The notes beneath the pieces were generated by a model, which worked only from the letters and a program-made list of their open reading frames with translations, was not told the origin of the DNA and ran no database searches. DNA of 64,000 bases from Minisyncoccota bacterium (GTDB lineage Bacteria > Patescibacteriota > Minisyncoccia > Phycocordibacterales > 21-14-all-36-13): positions 14,649 through 78,648 of the forward strand of contig JBAZZJ010000002.1 in the NCBI GenBank assembly GCA_041658885.1, read 5' to 3'. The position numbers and the translations under genes are program-made. Positions 60,684-64,000 of this stretch are shown here, in pieces; position 1 is the first letter of the stretch, and the number at the start of each line of letters is the position of its first letter.

Positions 60684-61703
60684 TTAAAGCACATATCTTT
60701 CGTATTTGTGTTTGCACGGATTAGCCCAAGCGACATCCATCCATTTTTCTTTTGGGTTCATTATTATTGATGCGATTGTAACTCCAAAGTTTGAATGCTT
60801 TTTATTGTCATGACCACATATTCCTGTTCTGTGCTCTTTCAATATTTTTCTTAGTCCGTCCAAATTTTTATTTTTTTCTTTTTCTAAAAATTTTTTCACT
60901 CTTTGATATCTTTCCAAAGATTCTTTTTCTGTGTTTTCTTCATTTTGTTCTTTCTTTATAAGTGGGTGATTAGTATGAATAAGGAAATCTTTACCATAGA
61001 AAAAATTATCATGATTAAAAAAATCTTCTACATCCAAAATTTTTAAATCTTTTGATGCATAGATAGTATTGCTATTTATACTACTCTCAAACAAATCTTC
61101 CCTCACTGCGTCTCTAACTGATTTTGAAGTTAGTATTGCGCGCATCTGAAAATTTTTTGGTATTCCATATCTAAACTTTCCAGAGCCGATTGAATTTCCA
61201 GTAAAACAAAAACCAAAAGAATTTAATCCGCAACTTGAACCCGGTAATGTCCCAATATAATTTAAACTTAGAAAGCTTATATCATTAATTTTACATTTGA
61301 GAACATAAAGACCGTTCGTTCTATATTCTTTCAACCAGTCTTCATTATGTCCTAACAATATTTCTTTTTCATTTTTTATAGCTATGCTTGTGCATTTATT
61401 CATTTTAAACTCCAATAATTCTTCCTCGCAAATTAAAACCATCAATTCTGTAAGTTTTATTTCAGCCCCATCGCTCATACCTTGAGCTTCTTCAACAAGA
61501 ACTGGGAAAAATTTCATTGTTTCTGGCAAAAAATTCAAAGCCGTTCTTTCCAATTCTTTAAAATCAACATCTTTTATTTCACGATATATTTTTTTATTTG
61601 AAGCAAGTCGTTTTCTAATCTGATTTTTCAGAATTTTTCCTATTTGATAACCGAGGTCATAATTATTTTTTGCTTCTATGTTTATAAAGGGAATTTTTTC
61701 CAT
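60684..61703 (-). CDS. peptidase C45 / acyl-CoA:6-aminopenicillanic-acid acyltransferase-like Ntn hydrolase
   Basis: NKCTSIAIKNEKEILLGHNEDW (nucleophile Cys and HNEDW region). Confidence 0.65.
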   Translation of the reverse strand: MEKIPFINIEAKNNYDLGYQIGKILKNQIRKRLASNKKIYREIKDVDFKELERTALNFLPETMKFFPVLVEEAQGMSDGAEIKLTELMVLICEEELLEFKMNKCTSIAIKNEKEILLGHNEDWLKEYRTNGLYVLKCKINDISFLSLNYIGTLPGSSCGLNSFGFCFTGNSIGSGKFRYGIPKNFQMRAILTSKSVRDAVREDLFESSINSNTIYASKDLKILDVEDFFNHDNFFYGKDFLIHTNHPLIKKEQNEENTEKESLERYQRVKKFLEKEKNKNLDGLRKILKEHRTGICGHDNKKHSNFGVTIASIIMNPKEKWMDVAWANPCKHKYERYVL

Positions 61704-61757
61704 ATATTAATTTAATAATTGTAGCATTTTTTAAAATACAAATATTCACACAAATTA

Positions 61758-61785
61758 TTGACAAGTTACATTTTTTTGATAATAT
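61758..61785 (+). promoter_or_regulatory. extended -10 promoter with no annotated gene immediately downstream
   Basis: TTGACA, 16 nt (ending in TGa), TAATAT. Confidence 0.5.
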
Positions 61786-61954
61786 ATAAACACCAATATG
61801 AATATATTAGGTAGAAAATTTAATCATCATAAAGGAAACCTCTAAAAGGGGCCCTTTTGTGTGTTGATTACAATTTTCAATTAAACCCAAAACTGACCTC
61901 TTTTAAGGGGTTTTTTTGTTTTGGGATTTTTTGTTATTTGAAATGGAGGTTTTT

Positions 61955-62023
61955 ATGAAAAGAAAGAATTTCCATCGTTCTTTTGGAGGAACAGGTCCAC
62001 ACATGTTTGGTAATGTTTCTTAA
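61955..62023 (+). CDS. candidate 22-aa peptide MKRKNFHRSFGGTGPHMFGNVS
   Basis: GGAGG lies 5 nt upstream of the ATG. Translated by hand; below the ORF-track cutoff. Confidence 0.3.
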   Translation: MKRKNFHRSFGGTGPHMFGNVS

Positions 62024-62072
62024 ATCGTTGTCATGGTGGGCATAACACATAAAAAATATGCCCACTTTGTAT

Positions 62073-62148
62073 GGTCATCGTAGCTCAATGGAAGAGCGCT
62101 CGTTTGTGAAGCGAGTGGTTGGGGGTTCGAATCCCCTCGGTGACCCCA
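62073..62148 (+). tRNA. tRNA-His (anticodon GTG) with encoded G-1 and CCA
   Basis: G-1 pairs with C73, acceptor GTCATCG/CGGTGAC, D arm TAGCTCAATGG, anticodon loop TTGTGAA, T loop GGTTCGAATCC. Confidence 0.9.
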
Positions 62149-62205
62149 AAAAATAATAAATGCAATGCATAGCATTTTGAAATAATATTTTTTGAAGTAA
62201 TTTTT

Positions 62206-63165
62206 ATGAGTTACAAAAGTAAAAAAAGAAAAAAAACAAGAGCGTCAAAATTACAACGCGACTTTGTGATTTTTCTAAAAAAGTTCTTTGTAAAATTTAG
62301 TAGAAAAATAGAAAAGTTCTTTGAAATAAAAAATAAAAATGAGGAGAATAAAATGAGATTTCCACAAACAAAAATTATTATGGAACAGCTTCGTGAGAAA
62401 GCTAAAAGAATTCGTCCAAACAATTTAAAAATAAATGAATGGATAGATGATTATATTGATAGTTGTATTTTAGAAGGTAAACAAATAGAAATTATTACTC
62501 AATATTGTCTTTCTAAAGATTTAGAATTTCGTTATCAAAAACAAGGCAATAAGTTTGTTCCACTACCAGCAGAAAGGAACATGTTTGAAAAAACGATTCC
62601 AGAAATTATTTCTTTGTTTGAAAAAAATGGTTTGACTCTAAATTGGTATGTAACATTTAACGATTCTTTTTTGGATAGAGGGCGGGTTTCTTCTGACATA
62701 AAAAGTATTTATATGTGCATGATTAAAAATCTTGCTGAAGAAATAAAATCGTTAGAACAATCAATAATCTTTTTAGACTGGGAGCTTGATGTTCTAGGAA
62801 AGCAGTCAGGACCAAATATGGAAGTAACAAATTATTTTGATTCCCTTGTTCCTAAAGAAGCCTTCAATTTAGATATGAAAAATCTTTTGAAAAGGGTTAA
62901 AGAATATAAGGATTTTTCAAAAACAGAGGATGATCTTAAAAGAGAAACAAAATTTAAAATTTCTTGTGAAGCCGAAGAAGGAAGATTTATGTTAAGCCAG
63001 GAATCCCCATTTTCTAATGGGAATTTCATTCTTGTTCCTTTAGAGTTTCCAGAGAGATATGTATTTTTTGAAATTCTTGCTCCAAACTTTCAGAAACGAC
63101 TCGCTTCCATTATAAAACCATATCCTTGGAGAATGGATGCTGATAATTTGAGGTACGAAATGTGA
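62206..63165 (+). CDS. hypothetical protein
   Basis: ORF only. A GAGGAG 8 nt before the internal ATG at 62353 suggests the real start may be there (270 aa). Confidence 0.5.
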   Translation: MSYKSKKRKKTRASKLQRDFVIFLKKFFVKFSRKIEKFFEIKNKNEENKMRFPQTKIIMEQLREKAKRIRPNNLKINEWIDDYIDSCILEGKQIEIITQYCLSKDLEFRYQKQGNKFVPLPAERNMFEKTIPEIISLFEKNGLTLNWYVTFNDSFLDRGRVSSDIKSIYMCMIKNLAEEIKSLEQSIIFLDWELDVLGKQSGPNMEVTNYFDSLVPKEAFNLDMKNLLKRVKEYKDFSKTEDDLKRETKFKISCEAEEGRFMLSQESPFSNGNFILVPLEFPERYVFFEILAPNFQKRLASIIKPYPWRMDADNLRYEM

Positions 63166-63177
63166 TTTTTTGAGACT

Positions 63178-63206
63178 AATGACTGCCGGTTAAAGGCAGT
63201 CATTTT
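63178..63206 (+). terminator. intrinsic terminator
   Basis: AATGACTGCC-ggttaaa-GGCAGTCATT followed by TT. Confidence 0.7.
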
Positions 63207-63340
63207 ACTTTTTACCCCCCCATATTAATTTTTGTAAAAAATCTCTCACTTTTAATGCCCAATCCTCAACGTCTTTCAATTTGTTTTTATTTCCCATTTT
63301 ACAACTCTCAAAATTTATTTTTTGGTGTTGATTTTTAACG

Positions 63341-63349
63341 TTATCCACA
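63341..63349 (+). promoter_or_regulatory. perfect DnaA-box consensus TTATCCACA upstream of the ribonucleotide reductase gene
   Basis: Exact 9-mer, about 350 nt before the RNR ATG. Confidence 0.4.
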
Positions 63350-63563
63350 GAGCTTTAGTAAATTTTTTGTTGTAAAATTAAAATCCACTAGAAAACTATT
63401 AGTTTTTTATAAAAACATGCCAGAAAATCAGAAAAAAGTTGAAAAAAATATTGAAAAAGTAAAAAATTTTGATGTTTTTGTAAAAAAGTATTAAAAAGAG
63501 ACGGATTAATCGCCTCTTTTAATATGAATGTGTTTAAAATTTATTGAAAGAACAAAAAAATAA

Positions 63564-63702
63564 ATGAATCCCCACACTAATCTTAATTTCGTTTAAAACA
63601 GATTAGTTTATAAAATAGAATGAGTGGTGGACTGTTGAGTAAATAGACAAAAATAACAAACAAGGTCAATATTATTAAAATTAAGATTAGTGTAGGGATG
63701 AA
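63564..63702 (+). mobile_element. MITE-like element, family A copy 4
   Basis: ATGAA-T-CCCCACACTAATCTTAATTT ... AAATTAAGATTAGTGTAGGG-ATGAA. The 3' ATG is the RNR start. Confidence 0.6.
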
Positions 63703-64000
63703 AAAAACAGAAACCCTAAAAAAATCTGCAGTAAAAACTTCTAGAATGTCAAAAAAGATTTCTCATATTCAAAAAAGAGATGGGCGCGTTGTTTTGTTTG
63801 ATTCTAATAAAATTTATTCTGTTATTTTTAAAGCCTTTTTAGCTGTTAGAGAAAAAAATGGTCCTATAGTTGGAAAAATTTCAAAAAAAGTTATTTTTAA
63901 TTTGGAAAAATCTTTTTCAGGTAAAATTCCAAATGTTGAAGAAATTCAGGACACAATAATAAATGTTTTAAGGGATGAAGACTTTAGCGATGTTGCCGAA
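63698..64000 (+). CDS. ribonucleotide reductase catalytic subunit, N-terminal ATP-cone (3' end outside the window)
   Basis: Translated by hand; open to the window edge (101 codons). ISHIQKRDGRVVLFDSNKIYSVIFKAF...VEEIQDTIINVL is an ATP-cone. The RNR class cannot be decided from this fragment. Confidence 0.7.
   Translation, partial: MKKTETLKKSAVKTSRMSKKISHIQKRDGRVVLFDSNKIYSVIFKAFLAVREKNGPIVGKISKKVIFNLEKSFSGKIPNVEEIQDTIINVLRDEDFSDVAE

Noticed and set aside
60535-60717. 60-aa minus-strand ORF containing ERTGFEPA.
   Set aside because: That peptide is the well-known antisense translation of a tRNA T-arm. The ORF is the reverse strand of tRNA-Ser and its 3' fragment.

Overview
AT-rich (roughly 30% GC by eye), gene-dense bacterial window. 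Almost all genes between 1 and 50 kb are on the + strand. The gene content suggests a Candidate Phyla Radiation / Parcubacteria-like genome: lamin-tail-domain protein, a 2352-aa fibre-like surface protein, Lys-rich extensions on housekeeping proteins, small proteins, standard code with TGA stops. This taxonomic call is inference only.

Content, in order:
- Housekeeping genes: alr (3' part), rsmI, secA, gatB, rnj, secG, groES/groEL, tRNA-Ser(GGA), tRNA-His(GTG), and the 5' end of a ribonucleotide reductase gene.
- A roughly 26-kb surface-glycan locus at 8958-34964, all on one strand. It holds several GT4/GT1 glycosyltransferases, a GT9, a Wzx-like flippase, four about 455-aa TagB/TagF-like paralogs, a neuC/neuB/neuA nonulosonic-acid module split by an IS element, an O-antigen-ligase-like/TPR protein and a sugar epimerase.
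- A membrane protein, a TraD/VirD4-like ATPase and an LTD/PKD protein in a row.
- A giant fibre protein with cytoplasmic HTH-like repeats.
- A hicBA cassette and an IS200-like Y1 (RAYT-type) transposase embedded in five copies of a 22-25 nt palindrome.
- LemA, an orphan MazF-like toxin and a TPM protein.

The most unusual property of the window is its non-coding DNA. Intergenic regions are packed with several families of long nested hairpin / inverted-repeat elements. Many are closed by a CCCC...GGGG clamp and several end exactly at start codons. There are also 8-nt tandem repeats directly after stop codons, a covarying three-way-junction RNA in the groES leader, a covarying RNA element behind the MazF-like genes, and a tRNA-Ser gene embedded in a 19-bp helix and flanked by tRNA fragments.

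All functional calls come from motif recognition by eye. No database search was possible.
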